From a virus (lineage: Duplodnaviria; Caudoviricetes), in IMG/VR virus record IMGVR_UViG_3300038976_000028, positions 1 through 30,713 of that record: a stretch of 30,713 nt of DNA; one strand, given 5' to 3'. Under the pieces are notes generated by a model that did no database searches, was not told where the DNA came from, and saw only the letters and a list, made by a program, of their open reading frames with translations. Below, one piece after another: positions 17,655-26,097 of this stretch (positions are counted from its first letter, which is position 1; each line of letters begins with the position of its first letter). The position numbers and the translations under genes are program-made.

Positions 17655-18734
17655 GGTCCCACTCCTTGTCGTCTTCGGCGCCGGGTGCTGCTGCGGCTCG
17701 GCTCTCTGGGCTGCCGGTGCGGGGTCGCGGCCGGAGCTGCTGGTGCTGTCGGGGGCCATGTCGGCCAGGTGCGCCTGGAGGTGCGCCCGGGCCGCCTCGG
17801 GATCGGCCAACTGCATCTGCGACACCTGGTCGAGCGCGACCCGGACCGCGTCCGGGTGTGCCGGCTCCCCCGGGCCGGGATGGTGGGGCAGCGCCCACGA
17901 CGCCCGCTGGGCGGGGTCGCCGCCCGACTGGCCGGCGCACACCTCCGCGTAGGCGACGGCCGGGTCCTCGGCGTCCGCGCAGGCCGCCATCGCGGCCTCA
18001 CCGTCCCAGGCCGCCATGTCCATCGCCGCCCGCTGCGCCCCGCCCGCTGGCTCGACCGGCGGTGTGGCCAGGACGATCGTCTCCCGCCCCTGCTGATCCG
18101 GCTGGGCATCGTCGTCGTCCATGCGTGTCCTCCTGGACCGGACGCCGAGGATCACCGCGTCCTCGTAGGCCGGGATCGGCGTCGGCCCGTACTCGATCAG
18201 CGCGATCTGCTGGCGGGTGACCAGCGGCAGCACCCCGTCACCGCCCGGCCCGTACCGGCCATACCGCGGCAGCGGCGGATCCGACTCCAAGAACACGCCG
18301 GTGTACGACATGCCGGTCAGCGACCCGGACCGGACCGCCTCCAGCACCCGGTCGGCCTCCGGGTCGCTGTTGTACAGGGTGTGCGTCAGCAGGCCGGTGC
18401 GGTCCGGCTGGATCAGCGTCGGCTTCCCCAGCGGCACCGACCACTGGTCCGACGGCGTCCCCGACAGCGTCTTCGCGTGGTTGTACACCGAGAAGATCCG
18501 CCCGGCACGCTCCCGGACCGACTTCGTCATCGACTCCGGCGCGTTCTGCTCCCGGTAGTGCCCGTCGGTGTCGTCGATCTCCGTCGGCACGTTCCACACC
18601 GTCGCGTAGGCCACGACCGTACGGCCCTTCCCGTCCGCGCGGATGTGGATGTCGTCGAGCAGCACCGACCGGGTCACCACCAGCGACGAGTCGCCCTCCA
18701 GTGCCCGCCGGACCCGGCCGCCGTCAGCGCTCAC
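16137..18734 (-). CDS. Prohead protease-linker domain-major capsid protein fusion ORF, 865 aa
   Basis: GTG at 18734 overlaps the portal stop; HK97-type protease motifs YNH, GMSY and EYGPTPIPAY; no stop before the capsid region. Confidence 0.85.
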   Translation of the reverse strand: MSADGGRVRRALEGDSSLVVTRSVLLDDIHIRADGKGRTVVAYATVWNVPTEIDDTDGHYREQNAPESMTKSVRERAGRIFSVYNHAKTLSGTPSDQWSVPLGKPTLIQPDRTGLLTHTLYNSDPEADRVLEAVRSGSLTGMSYTGVFLESDPPLPRYGRYGPGGDGVLPLVTRQQIALIEYGPTPIPAYEDAVILGVRSRRTRMDDDDAQPDQQGRETIVLATPPVEPAGGAQRAAMDMAAWDGEAAMAACADAEDPAVAYAEVCAGQSGGDPAQRASWALPHHPGPGEPAHPDAVRVALDQVSQMQLADPEAARAHLQAHLADMAPDSTSSSGRDPAPAAQRAEPQQHPAPKTTRSGTMPDTDRETMTVEERVARQSEIRARLTEIDTEYSGAELTVEARSEWRSLQNELTEHDRAIDDASERAAYLRQINDEHPEHTERVDNSRAGFAPAGGGSRYGQAGPAFHPRENIYDLPAIRNRARNLDEVPVLYREYAQRAVEQARYPGATGVRGAPSKEEAQQRVAALLDTIDDENGTLARRILVTGSPLYDRAFGKMLGMQSTAGLTAEESRALSLGTDSAGGYAVPFQLDPTVILTSNGVVNPLRQISRVETITGKEWDGVTSAGVTVSRGTEGQEQGTGDPAFIQPSVRTTRVQGFIPFSIELDVSWGALRTQMTNLLMDAKDVEEATAFATGNGTAPNPSGIVATLGTASYVQTAGSGVLAAGDVYLLENAMAPRFIANSAIVASKTIFNKFRALFQAQASAAGDPFARPSGSMGAQFNGYPKYELSTMSTTNGTGNLVMLQGDFSRFLIVDRVGMGIELIPHLFGSANRYPTGQRGVLAIWFNSSKVLADNAFRMLQVKST

Positions 18735-20284
18735 CCGCCCACCCCCACGCTCTGCCCGTTCGCCGACGCGCCGCTGCCCCCGGCCGGCGGCGGCTGCGCC
18801 GGGGCCGGGGAGAGCGCGGGGCCGGGGACGGGCAGGCTCGCGCCGGCCTGATTGAGCAGGCCGCGGGCCTCGTCCTCGGTGATGACCGTCCCGACCCCGA
18901 GGTACACCTTCTGGATCATCTCGACGAGGTTCCTGGCGTTCTGCTGCTCCGGCGGCACCGCGGCCGGACCGCCGGGGGCCTGCAACTGCACCGACAGCAG
19001 CCCGCTGTGCTTCAGCAGGCCGAAGTCGTTCTTCGTCACCGCGGCCACCGAACTCTCGGGGGTGAAGCCGTCCTTCACCAGCGCGACGATCGTCTTCGAC
19101 TGCTCCACCTGGATCGCCGCGACGTCCGCCGCGTCGTCCCGCATGAACGGCACCCGGACGTCGAACCACAGCGACGCCCCCCGCACGGGCTGCCCCGCCC
19201 GGTCGGTGGGCTTGCTGACGATCACTTCCAGTGACGTCGCCGCGTTCGTCCACAGGTGGTACATGGTCCCGTCCGCGAACCGGCGCCGCGCCGACGTGAA
19301 GTTCCCCTCGTTCAGCGCCGACCCCTGCAGGCCCTCGGAGAACCCGACCCATGACGGCGGGACGCCGGCGGCCGACGCCAGCCGCGACTCGCCCTTCCCC
19401 TGCGTCGCGGCGAAGTCCAGCTGCTGAAAGTTCGCGCCGACCACGACGGGATCAGCGCCGCCGCCCAGGTACAGGGTCTTGTACGCGTTCCACGCCCCCC
19501 GGTGCTCAGCTTCCAGCACCTCCTTGAACTGCAGGATCTGCGGCCGGGTGATCGACGGGTCGAACTTGATCGCCAGGTTCGGCGTGGCTGCGTTGGTGAA
19601 GAAGCGGGCCTTGTGCTCGGTCGCCAGCGAGTCGGCCTGCATCTCCCGGATCACCGGCGTCACCCACGACATCCCCAGGAACACGCTGTGCGGGTCCGGG
19701 TAGGGGGCGTAGTGGGCCACCTCGGCCGGCCCGAACGTGCGTGCCCTACCCCGCGACGTCTGGTGCAGGTATCCGACGACCTCGACGTCCGGGGCCTCCG
19801 CCGGGTCGTCCGCGTCGGTCCGCGACCCCATGATGATCGTCACCCGGTCCGGCCGCAGCAAACCCAGCCGGTCCGGCCGCGGCCGGACCACGTACGCGTT
19901 ACCCGCGGCCGACACGTGCATCTCCATCCGGGCCAGCAGGTCCGACGTCGTCCCGCCCGGCCACGGCCGCTCCAGCACCGCCAGCTCCGGCGTGCCGAAC
20001 AGGTCACCGGGCTGCGACCCGGCGAACTGGGTCCACTGGAACCGGGTCTGGCTGAACGCCTGCATCCGGGCCAGGACCAGCGACCACACAGCCGCGTTCG
20101 ACGTGATCCCGCCGGCCGCGGTCGCGCCGATCAACTCCCGGTCGACCGACCCCATCGTCGTCTGGACCAGCGGGTACTCGATCCCGCCGAAGGAGAAGAA
20201 GCCGGCCCAGTCGTCCAGGGTCAGCGTCTGGTCGCGCTGCCGCAGGACGGCCAGCCCGGAATTAACCCGGTCGACCAGCGCCAC
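18731..20284 (-). CDS. Portal protein (HK97 family), 517 aa
   Basis: GNAY, LRPDRV, GMSW, FFTNAATP and AAGVPP motifs; lies between TerL and protease. Confidence 0.93.
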   Translation of the reverse strand: MALVDRVNSGLAVLRQRDQTLTLDDWAGFFSFGGIEYPLVQTTMGSVDRELIGATAAGGITSNAAVWSLVLARMQAFSQTRFQWTQFAGSQPGDLFGTPELAVLERPWPGGTTSDLLARMEMHVSAAGNAYVVRPRPDRLGLLRPDRVTIIMGSRTDADDPAEAPDVEVVGYLHQTSRGRARTFGPAEVAHYAPYPDPHSVFLGMSWVTPVIREMQADSLATEHKARFFTNAATPNLAIKFDPSITRPQILQFKEVLEAEHRGAWNAYKTLYLGGGADPVVVGANFQQLDFAATQGKGESRLASAAGVPPSWVGFSEGLQGSALNEGNFTSARRRFADGTMYHLWTNAATSLEVIVSKPTDRAGQPVRGASLWFDVRVPFMRDDAADVAAIQVEQSKTIVALVKDGFTPESSVAAVTKNDFGLLKHSGLLSVQLQAPGGPAAVPPEQQNARNLVEMIQKVYLGVGTVITEDEARGLLNQAGASLPVPGPALSPAPAQPPPAGGSGASANGQSVGVGG

Positions 20285-20501
20285 GGTTCACCCGGGTCCT
20301 CGACGCCTCACGCCAGCCCTCCCGCGCGGCCACGAACGACCACGCGACCACCAGCCAGCCGACCTGCAGCGTCTTGCACGCCAGCCAGCCGGCGGCGAAC
20401 AGCACCGCGGCCACCCACGTCAGCAGCGTCCGGCCCGGGTGGATCTCCCGGGCCTGCCGGGTGATGTCACCGACAGGCACCCGCTCGGCGAGAGCCGTCA
20501 C
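20262..20501 (-). CDS. Small membrane protein, 79 aa
   Basis: GAGGAGG RBS; hydrophobic stretch LLTWVAAVLFAAGWLA..VGWLVVAWSFVAA. Confidence 0.7.
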   Translation of the reverse strand: MTALAERVPVGDITRQAREIHPGRTLLTWVAAVLFAAGWLACKTLQVGWLVVAWSFVAAREGWREASRTRVNRGAGRPG

Positions 20502-20517
20502 AGCCTGCCTCCTCGGG

Positions 20518-21999
20518 TCATCCCCAGATCGCTATCGGATCAAGTTGGGTGTTGCCGCGGACGGCGTGCCCATAGGCGGCCAGCGTCACCGCCTCGATCG
20601 GCGCCGACGACGCGTTGCGGTCCCACCGCCACATGTCGCCGATGTGGTGCTTGGACGCGTCGGCGACCGACGCGTCCAGTTCGGGCTGCCCGTAGTGCCG
20701 GGCGTCCGGGGCCGGCCCGGCGACCGCGGCCAGCAGCGCCCCGGCGGCGTGACACGCCTCCCGACCGGTGACCTTCACCAGTTCGACCCCGGCCGCCTCC
20801 AGCTCCGGTATCGCCGGCCCGGCCGGCCCGGCCGGGTCGATGACGAACGCGCACGGCTCGTGCTCCTGCAGTTCGTTCGCCCGGGCGGCCAGCCAGCCGG
20901 TCCCCGGCCGCCGGTCGACCACCTGCAGCAGCAGTTCCCCGGCGAGCCGGCCCGCGGACCCGATCGCGGCGATCTCCCCGTCCGGCCACGACGCCGCGAT
21001 GCCGAACGCCACCAGATCCGGCCGCCCAGCCGCGCCGGACCTGGCGGCCCACGCCGCCTCCGGAATCACACCCGTGCCGCCCGGCTCGTCCCACCAGCCC
21101 AGCCGCTCCCGGGCGAACTCGCCCGGCGTGTCCGCCAGCGCCTCCCGCTCCGCCTGCACGTACTCGGCGGTGAGGATCTCCACCGGCCCCTCCCCGGGGA
21201 ACACCCGGGTCCGGCCCATCGCCGGGTTCGCCCGCCGCCGGCGGCGCTCGTCGTCCAGCCGGCACCCCGCGGCCGGGTGCCGGTGGTCGCACCTCGGCTC
21301 CGCGCAGCCGCCAGGCAGGTCGTCGCACCACTCCAGCCACGCCAGCCGCCGCGACGACCCCGCCCGGCCCCGGTCCCGCACACCCCGCCACACCCGCGAG
21401 TCAGCCTGCCCCGCCGAACCGCCATACAGCACCTGCGGGTCCGGGCGAGCAGACAGCGTCGGCAGCAGTGATCCCATCTGCAGTGCCGCCAGGAACATGG
21501 CCTCGTCGAGCACGACCTTGTCACCGGTCAGGCCACGGCCGCTGACCTTCGTCCGCGTCTTGAAAACCACTCGCTGGCCCGACATCAGCTCGATCGACTC
21601 GTCCCCGTGCCCGCCCGGCATCCGCTTCACCCGCCGCGACAGCCACGAACAGCCGTCGATCAGGTCCCGCAGATCCCGGAACGCCTCCGCCGCCGTGGCG
21701 AACTCGTGCGCCGACCACACCACCAGCCGCTGCTCCGTCACGAACAGCCAGCCCAACGCGGCCTGCTTGTACAGGCCCGTCTTCAGGTTCTGCCGGCAGG
21801 CCGCCACACCCACCTCGAACGCCGCCGACTTCCCGCCGGCGCCAAGCGCGAAGATCACGTCCAGGCACAGTTCCTGCTCCGGCTCCGGCGCGAACCCCAC
21901 CAGCCTGGCCAGGTCCGCGACCTCCGGCCCCAACGTCCGCTCGAACGACGGGAACGACCGGAACGCCGGCTCGACCAGCGCCGCGCTCGGCGCCGTCAC
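20518..21999 (-). CDS. terL: Terminase large subunit, 493 aa
   Basis: Walker A-like RQNLKT, Walker B VVLDEA, GSAG, ANP and FARERLGWW motifs. Confidence 0.93.
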   Translation of the reverse strand: MTAPSAALVEPAFRSFPSFERTLGPEVADLARLVGFAPEPEQELCLDVIFALGAGGKSAAFEVGVAACRQNLKTGLYKQAALGWLFVTEQRLVVWSAHEFATAAEAFRDLRDLIDGCSWLSRRVKRMPGGHGDESIELMSGQRVVFKTRTKVSGRGLTGDKVVLDEAMFLAALQMGSLLPTLSARPDPQVLYGGSAGQADSRVWRGVRDRGRAGSSRRLAWLEWCDDLPGGCAEPRCDHRHPAAGCRLDDERRRRRANPAMGRTRVFPGEGPVEILTAEYVQAEREALADTPGEFARERLGWWDEPGGTGVIPEAAWAARSGAAGRPDLVAFGIAASWPDGEIAAIGSAGRLAGELLLQVVDRRPGTGWLAARANELQEHEPCAFVIDPAGPAGPAIPELEAAGVELVKVTGREACHAAGALLAAVAGPAPDARHYGQPELDASVADASKHHIGDMWRWDRNASSAPIEAVTLAAYGHAVRGNTQLDPIAIWG

Positions 22000-22410
22000 C
22001 TACCCGGCCCGCTTCTGATCCCGCCGCGCCCGCAACTCGTCCACCGGGTCCGCTGCCACCGCCGCGCCCTTCACCGCCTCCGCCACCGCAGCCGAATGCG
22101 CCCGCATCACCGCCGCCAGGCCCATCCCCGTATCCCGCACCCCGTCATCAAGCCGGCGCGCCAACAACAGCGCCTTCTGCCCCTCCGACGTGCCAGCCCG
22201 CCCCGCCGCGTCCAACTCCGCCCGGGTCGCCGCCTCGATCGACTCCGCCGGCTCGCGGGCCACGACAGGAGCAGCGGGCACCGGGCGCCCAGCCGGCTGC
22301 ACCTCCCCGCCGCGGCTGTGCCGCTTCCGGCACGTCGCCCCGCAGAACCGGGCCGACGCCCGCGACGCGATGAACGGGCCCCCGCACTGCTCACACGACC
22401 GAGGCTCCAC
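22000..22410 (-). CDS. terS: Terminase small subunit with N-terminal Zn-finger, ~136 aa
   Basis: GTG at 22410 after GGAGG; CEQC..FCGATC; LARRLD and DPVDELRARR C-terminus; abuts terL. Confidence 0.8.
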   Translation of the reverse strand: MEPRSCEQCGGPFIASRASARFCGATCRKRHSRGGEVQPAGRPVPAAPVVAREPAESIEAATRAELDAAGRAGTSEGQKALLLARRLDDGVRDTGMGLAAVMRAHSAAVAEAVKGAAVAADPVDELRARRDQKRAG

Positions 22411-22429
22411 ATCAGCCTCCCGTGACATG

Positions 22430-22520
22430 TGACCACTTCGCGTGACGGCCGGAGAATGTTGACTGTGCGGGGTCATATACGTCCGTGATGTCCGGTTTGA
22501 CCCTCCCCCCTACCCCTGTC
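22430..22520. other. Putative cos / packaging initiation region
   Basis: Non-coding gap between HNH and terS containing GGGGTAGGGGGGAGGG and GACCCCGC on the minus strand; this is where HK97-like cos phages have their ends. Confidence 0.5.
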
Positions 22521-22854
22521 ACCACCGGGGTGGGGTTATCACCGAGCGTGTCCGCCGCGGCCTGTACAGCGCATTGCGTAGGCGTGCGCCCGCCTGCCTG
22601 TTGCAGCGGGCGTGCTCTAGGTCGAGCGGGCCCTGACCGCCGAGCGCGCGGGACTGGTCGTGGCCGAGGTCGAGGCGGCAGTGGAAGCAGCGGCCGTCGG
22701 GTCGGTCGGGGCGCAGGGTGCAGTGCCGGGGGTGGACCATCGGGTGGCCGCAGCGACGGCAGGGGCGCGGGCCGCGGTCGAGGAGCGCTGTCATCTGCCG
22801 GCGGCGCTCGGTCTGGTGTTCGGCGCCGAGGCCGCGCTGGGTCGTGGTGGCCAT
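22519..22854 (-). CDS. HNH endonuclease (terminase-associated, HK97 gp74-like), 111 aa
   Basis: GLGAEHQ..R, CRRCG, DLGH and EHARCN motifs; directly upstream of terS. Confidence 0.85.
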   Translation of the reverse strand: MATTTQRGLGAEHQTERRRQMTALLDRGPRPCRRCGHPMVHPRHCTLRPDRPDGRCFHCRLDLGHDQSRALGGQGPLDLEHARCNRQAGARLRNALYRPRRTRSVITPPRW

Positions 22855-22868
22855 GGGGCGTTTCCCTC

Positions 22869-22886
22869 ACATGACGAACGTCATGT
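22869..22886. promoter_or_regulatory. Palindromic operator-like site
   Basis: ACATGACG-AA-CGTCATGT, a perfect 8-bp inverted repeat between the divergent HNH and lipoprotein genes. Confidence 0.5.
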
Positions 22887-22936
22887 CCGGCTTGGGGCTA
22901 CATCCGGGTGCCGGCGTGCTGTGCCACGCTGCACGC

Positions 22937-23536
22937 ATGATCGCAAGACTGCTGCTTGCCGCCGGTGTCTGCGCCAGCGCCGCCGCCTGCTCGTCGTCCA
23001 GCCCCGCACCCGAGAGTGCGGGCGTGACACCGGGGCCGCCCGTCACGAGCAGCACGGTCGTGGCGAGCACTTCCCGGCCGCCAGTTTCCCACCCGCCGGC
23101 ACCACAGCGGGTGCCACTGTGCCCGGCCAAGCCGCCGACGAACGGTGACCTGACCGACCAGGGCGAGCAGGTTGGGCGGATCGGCGCGAGCTCGTCGACG
23201 TTCGCCGACGACGCGGGCATCGTGTACTGCGCGGCCGTGCTGGCTGCAGCCCGGCATGGCCGGGATGTGGTGGTGACGGTCCGGGTGGTCAACCACGGCA
23301 GCCGGACCGTTGACGTGGGTGAGGGCGAGGATCAGCTGCAGGTCACGCTGTCCTACGGCTCAAGTGGCCAGCAGGGGTTGGAGTCGCTGGCTGGGGCGCG
23401 GATCCAGGGTGTTGTGCCGCCGGGCGGGGTGGCCACGGGCACGTATGCGTTCGAGGTGCCGGCCGGTCAGACGCAGGTCCGGGTCAGCGCCGGGCCGGCG
23501 GGGGCGGCTGCGGTGTGGGCCGGCACCGTTCACTGA
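22937..23536 (+). CDS. Lipoprotein with DUF4352-like Ig fold (moron), 199 aa
   Basis: MIARLLLAAGVCASAAA-C lipobox; Ser/Pro/Thr linker; VTVRVVNHG..G.VPPG..ATG.YAFEVP. Only plausible plus-strand gene in the window. Confidence 0.8.
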   Translation: MIARLLLAAGVCASAAACSSSSPAPESAGVTPGPPVTSSTVVASTSRPPVSHPPAPQRVPLCPAKPPTNGDLTDQGEQVGRIGASSSTFADDAGIVYCAAVLAAARHGRDVVVTVRVVNHGSRTVDVGEGEDQLQVTLSYGSSGQQGLESLAGARIQGVVPPGGVATGTYAFEVPAGQTQVRVSAGPAGAAAVWAGTVH

Positions 23537-23810
23537 CACCGGCCATGTCACGCTCCGTAGGTATCCAGCCCGGAGATCCCGGTAAGCCGACTACCGACTG
23601 TGCGCGGCAGTGCGCGGCAGTGCGGGCTTCGGCGTGCGCGCGGTCGTAGTCGGCCATGCCGAGGTACCAGACCGGGCAGCCACGCCGGTCCCGGTGGAAG
23701 TCGATGCCCTGACCTTGCTCGAATGTGAACGACCAACCAGTGCAGCGTGGTGCGCCGTCGGGGTCGATGCGGTCGGCGATGGTGCGTAGCCAGCGCGCGA
23801 TGCGGGTCAC
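23484..23810 (-). CDS. Hypothetical phage protein (C-terminus possibly extended by a frameshift)
   Basis: GTG at 23810 after GGAGG with GTGA overlap; RIARWLRTIADRIDP..WSFTFE..GCPVWY. Confidence 0.7.
   Translation of the reverse strand: MTRIARWLRTIADRIDPDGAPRCTGWSFTFEQGQGIDFHRDRRGCPVWYLGMADYDRAHAEARTAAHCRAQSVVGLPGSPGWIPTERDMAGVSERCRPTPQPPPPARR
23600..23624. repeat. 10-bp tandem repeat, 2.5 copies
   Basis: GTGCGCGGCA GTGCGCGGCA GTGCG. Confidence 0.8.
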
Positions 23811-24076
23811 GGTGTCCTCCGGGCGCAGTGCGGGCCGGAGGTCGGACACTCAACGGCCAGCGTGGTCAGTTCAGCACGCATGATCATGGCCTGTCCAGTG
23901 AAACGCCGCTGTTGGGCTGCGCGGATGGCGTCGATGGACCAGACGGTGACCCAGGATCGGCCGATACGGGTACGCCTGAGGGGTTCGACCCCGAGGTCGG
24001 CGGCCCAGCGGTGGAAGGAGCGGGCGTCCTTGCCAAGCAGTTGCGCGGCCTCCCGGGTGGAGACGGTGAGCTTCAC
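23807..24076 (-). CDS. Small HTH DNA-binding protein (MerR/excisionase-like), 89 aa
   Basis: GTG at 24076; VSTREAAQLLGKDARSFHRWA. Confidence 0.75.
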   Translation of the reverse strand: MKLTVSTREAAQLLGKDARSFHRWAADLGVEPLRRTRIGRSWVTVWSIDAIRAAQQRRFTGQAMIMRAELTTLAVECPTSGPHCARRTP

Positions 24077-24243
24077 GGCGCGGCCATCCCGCCCAGTGGC
24101 GGAGTGAGCCAGCGCTCCATCCATGCCCGCGCCGGGCATCCCTCGGCGCAGCCGGTCCAGTGGTCGTGGTGGCCGCAGCAGATCAGCAGGCTGTGCAGCG
24201 GTGGCTTCGGGATCTCGTTGATCGGATGGGCGAGGTCAGGCAT
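24073..24243 (-). CDS. 56-aa Cys/His-rich protein (not in ORF track)
   Basis: ATG at 24243 after GGAGG; MPDLAHPINEIPKPPLHSLLICCGHHDHWTGCAEGCPARAWMERWLTPPLGGMAAP*; coupled to the next gene. Confidence 0.65.
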   Translation of the reverse strand: MPDLAHPINEIPKPPLHSLLICCGHHDHWTGCAEGCPARAWMERWLTPPLGGMAAP

Positions 24244-24499
24244 CGTGCACCTCCGCGCCGACGATGCGGCCGACGTAGGAGTGCACCTCGAAGGACTCGG
24301 CCATCTCCTTCTCGCCGGGCAGGGTCACCAGTGTCAGGCCGACGTCCGACCGCATCAGCTCCTCGACGACCACGAACAGGTACTCGGCCGGACCTGGCGG
24401 GTCGCTCATCTCGGCGGCCCGGGCGGGGAGGTCGTCGGCCCAGAGACCAGGGATCTCGACGTGCAGGACGAGCTTCTTCTTCGGCAGGTCCAGGCTCAC
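24236..24499 (-). CDS. Hypothetical protein, 87 aa
   Basis: GTG at 24499 (GTGA overlap). Confidence 0.7.
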   Translation of the reverse strand: MSLDLPKKKLVLHVEIPGLWADDLPARAAEMSDPPGPAEYLFVVVEELMRSDVGLTLVTLPGEKEMAESFEVHSYVGRIVGAEVHDA

Positions 24500-25344
24500 G
24501 CGCCCACCCCCTCGATCGCGGCGCCGAGCAGCAGCCACAGTTCCCGCGCCCAGTCTGCCCCGCACTGCGGACAGCGGATCACCCTCGCCTCGGGACGCGC
24601 CGACAGGGTCTCCCCGCACGGCAGCCCGTCGTCCAGGACGCGGATGCAGGCCCCGATCCGCACCCAGCGTTCCGCCTCGCCGGCCATCCGGCGGGCGGTG
24701 GACCACAGCCGGTGGACCTCCCGGGCGTAGTCGTCCGACCAGGGCTGCTTGACAATCTCGCCGTGCCAGCGGAACAGGAACCCGAGCAAGTCGGCCACCG
24801 TGCGGGGCGGGACATGGACGGCCAGCGCCTCGGCGGCCATCCGCGCCCAGCCGGTGAGGACCGAGGCGAGGGGCGCCGGGCCGGTCTGCAGGTCAGCGTC
24901 CAGGCAGTACAGGTTGGGGCCGATCGGAACCCACCGGGAACAGATGGGGCAGTCCGCGGCGTGATGCACGTCGGCGGCCGGGCCGAGCCAGGACAGCCGG
25001 TCGGCCCCGCCGGGCAGGGGACGCTCCCGGGACCCGCCGACCCGCTGGCCGGCGGCCGGTGCGGGGATGTCGCCGGCGCGGGCCGGGTTGGGGTGGGACG
25101 GCTGGTACGGCAGGTGCGCCTTCACCGCGAGCTGGCCGAGCGCGCCGCGGCGGGGTGGTGGGGTGGCGTGGTCGGGACAACAGGGCATGTCCAGCGGTTC
25201 GGTCAGGGCGTGGACGTAGTCGGGGAGGTCCCGCAGCCAGCCGTCGAGCCGGTCCGCGCACTGGTCGCACAGGCCGGGGTGGCCGGCGGTGCCCATGCGG
25301 GCGCAGGCGCCGTTACGGCAGCGCGGCGGGTCGGGGGCGGTCAC
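24496..25344 (-). CDS. Zinc-ribbon protein, candidate late-transcription regulator, 282 aa
   Basis: N-terminal CRNGAC..LCDQC and C-terminal GAC..CG..IRCPQCG..W; sits near the end of the early operon. Confidence 0.65.
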   Translation of the reverse strand: MTAPDPPRCRNGACARMGTAGHPGLCDQCADRLDGWLRDLPDYVHALTEPLDMPCCPDHATPPPRRGALGQLAVKAHLPYQPSHPNPARAGDIPAPAAGQRVGGSRERPLPGGADRLSWLGPAADVHHAADCPICSRWVPIGPNLYCLDADLQTGPAPLASVLTGWARMAAEALAVHVPPRTVADLLGFLFRWHGEIVKQPWSDDYAREVHRLWSTARRMAGEAERWVRIGACIRVLDDGLPCGETLSARPEARVIRCPQCGADWARELWLLLGAAIEGVGA

Positions 25345-25550
25345 GGCTGATCCTCGGCCGGGTAGACCAGCACCTGCCGCACGCCGTCGAGCAGGGTGAA
25401 GGTGACGCCGGGGAACGCCTTTCCGAGTTCGGCGAGGACGCGCCGGAAGTTGGTCGGGTCGGCGCGCTCGGTGAGCGTGACCAGCACCCGGTCGCCGAGC
25501 TTGAGTCGAAGCGCGGTGCCGAGCAGGTCGGTGTCCTGGGCGGCGGTCAC
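25341..25550 (-). CDS. Hypothetical protein, 69 aa
   Basis: GTGA overlaps at both ends. Confidence 0.7.
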   Translation of the reverse strand: MTAAQDTDLLGTALRLKLGDRVLVTLTERADPTNFRRVLAELGKAFPGVTFTLLDGVRQVLVYPAEDQP

Positions 25551-25762
25551 CGGCGTTCGACCTGGAACGTCATCGACCAGGACGTCTGGGTGGTTTCCTG
25601 CTGGACGCTGATCAGGTCACCGCGGGCGCGGGCGGCGTTCAGCGCGAGGGACACCTGCCGCAGGTGGCCTTCGAAAGCGGCGTCGGTGAGCAGGTGCGTC
25701 CCGGTGTCGGCTTCCGGTTCTGGGTCGGGCTGTGCGGTTTCTACGGTGTGCAGGCTAGTCAT
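25547..25762 (-). CDS. Hypothetical protein, 71 aa
   Basis: ATGA and GTGA overlaps. Confidence 0.65.
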   Translation of the reverse strand: MTSLHTVETAQPDPEPEADTGTHLLTDAAFEGHLRQVSLALNAARARGDLISVQQETTQTSWSMTFQVERR

Positions 25763-26097
25763 TCCATCCGCCCCAGGGTCTCGCTGACGTGGGAGTTCCA
25801 GGTCTGCCGGCGGGTGCTGTTCGGGAGCAGCGTGTTGTCGTCGAGTTCGAGCACGTCGTTCATCCGGTCGACGTCCCCGCCGATGATCACGGTGACGGTT
25901 AGCCGGCGACAGCAGAGTCCGCGGAGCAGGTCGCGCCAGCCGAGGTGGACGTCTGTGCGGGCGAATGGGTCGTCGATAGGCCGCTGGAACGTGATGGTCC
26001 GGGTGTTGATCCGGGTCGTGACGTGGTAGGCGGGGCCAGTGTCACGGCTGTCGTAGGTGGCTCGGATCGACTGCCGTTGTGGGCGCTCAGTGGTCAT
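25759..26097 (-). CDS. Hypothetical protein, 112 aa
   Basis: ATG start; stop coupled to the next gene. Confidence 0.7.
   Translation of the reverse strand: MTTERPQRQSIRATYDSRDTGPAYHVTTRINTRTITFQRPIDDPFARTDVHLGWRDLLRGLCCRRLTVTVIIGGDVDRMNDVLELDDNTLLPNSTRRQTWNSHVSETLGRME

Noticed and set aside
18735-19352. N-terminal extension of the 1071-aa ORF (apparent overlap with portal)
   Set aside because: Alternative frame within the portal gene; the coupled start at 18734 fits better.
20262-20501. Holin call for the small membrane protein
   Set aside because: No adjacent endolysin; small membrane genes between terL and portal are common.
1025-22425. Many long plus-strand ORFs (e.g. 1025..3043, 11512..13968, 16257..18851)
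   Set aside because: Antisense shadows of high-GC3 minus-strand genes; Arg/Gly/Pro-rich with no motifs.
22422-23553. 9-bp inverted repeat CGTGACATG / CATGTCACG bracketing HNH and lipoprotein
   Set aside because: Too short to exceed chance; no transposase or invertase.
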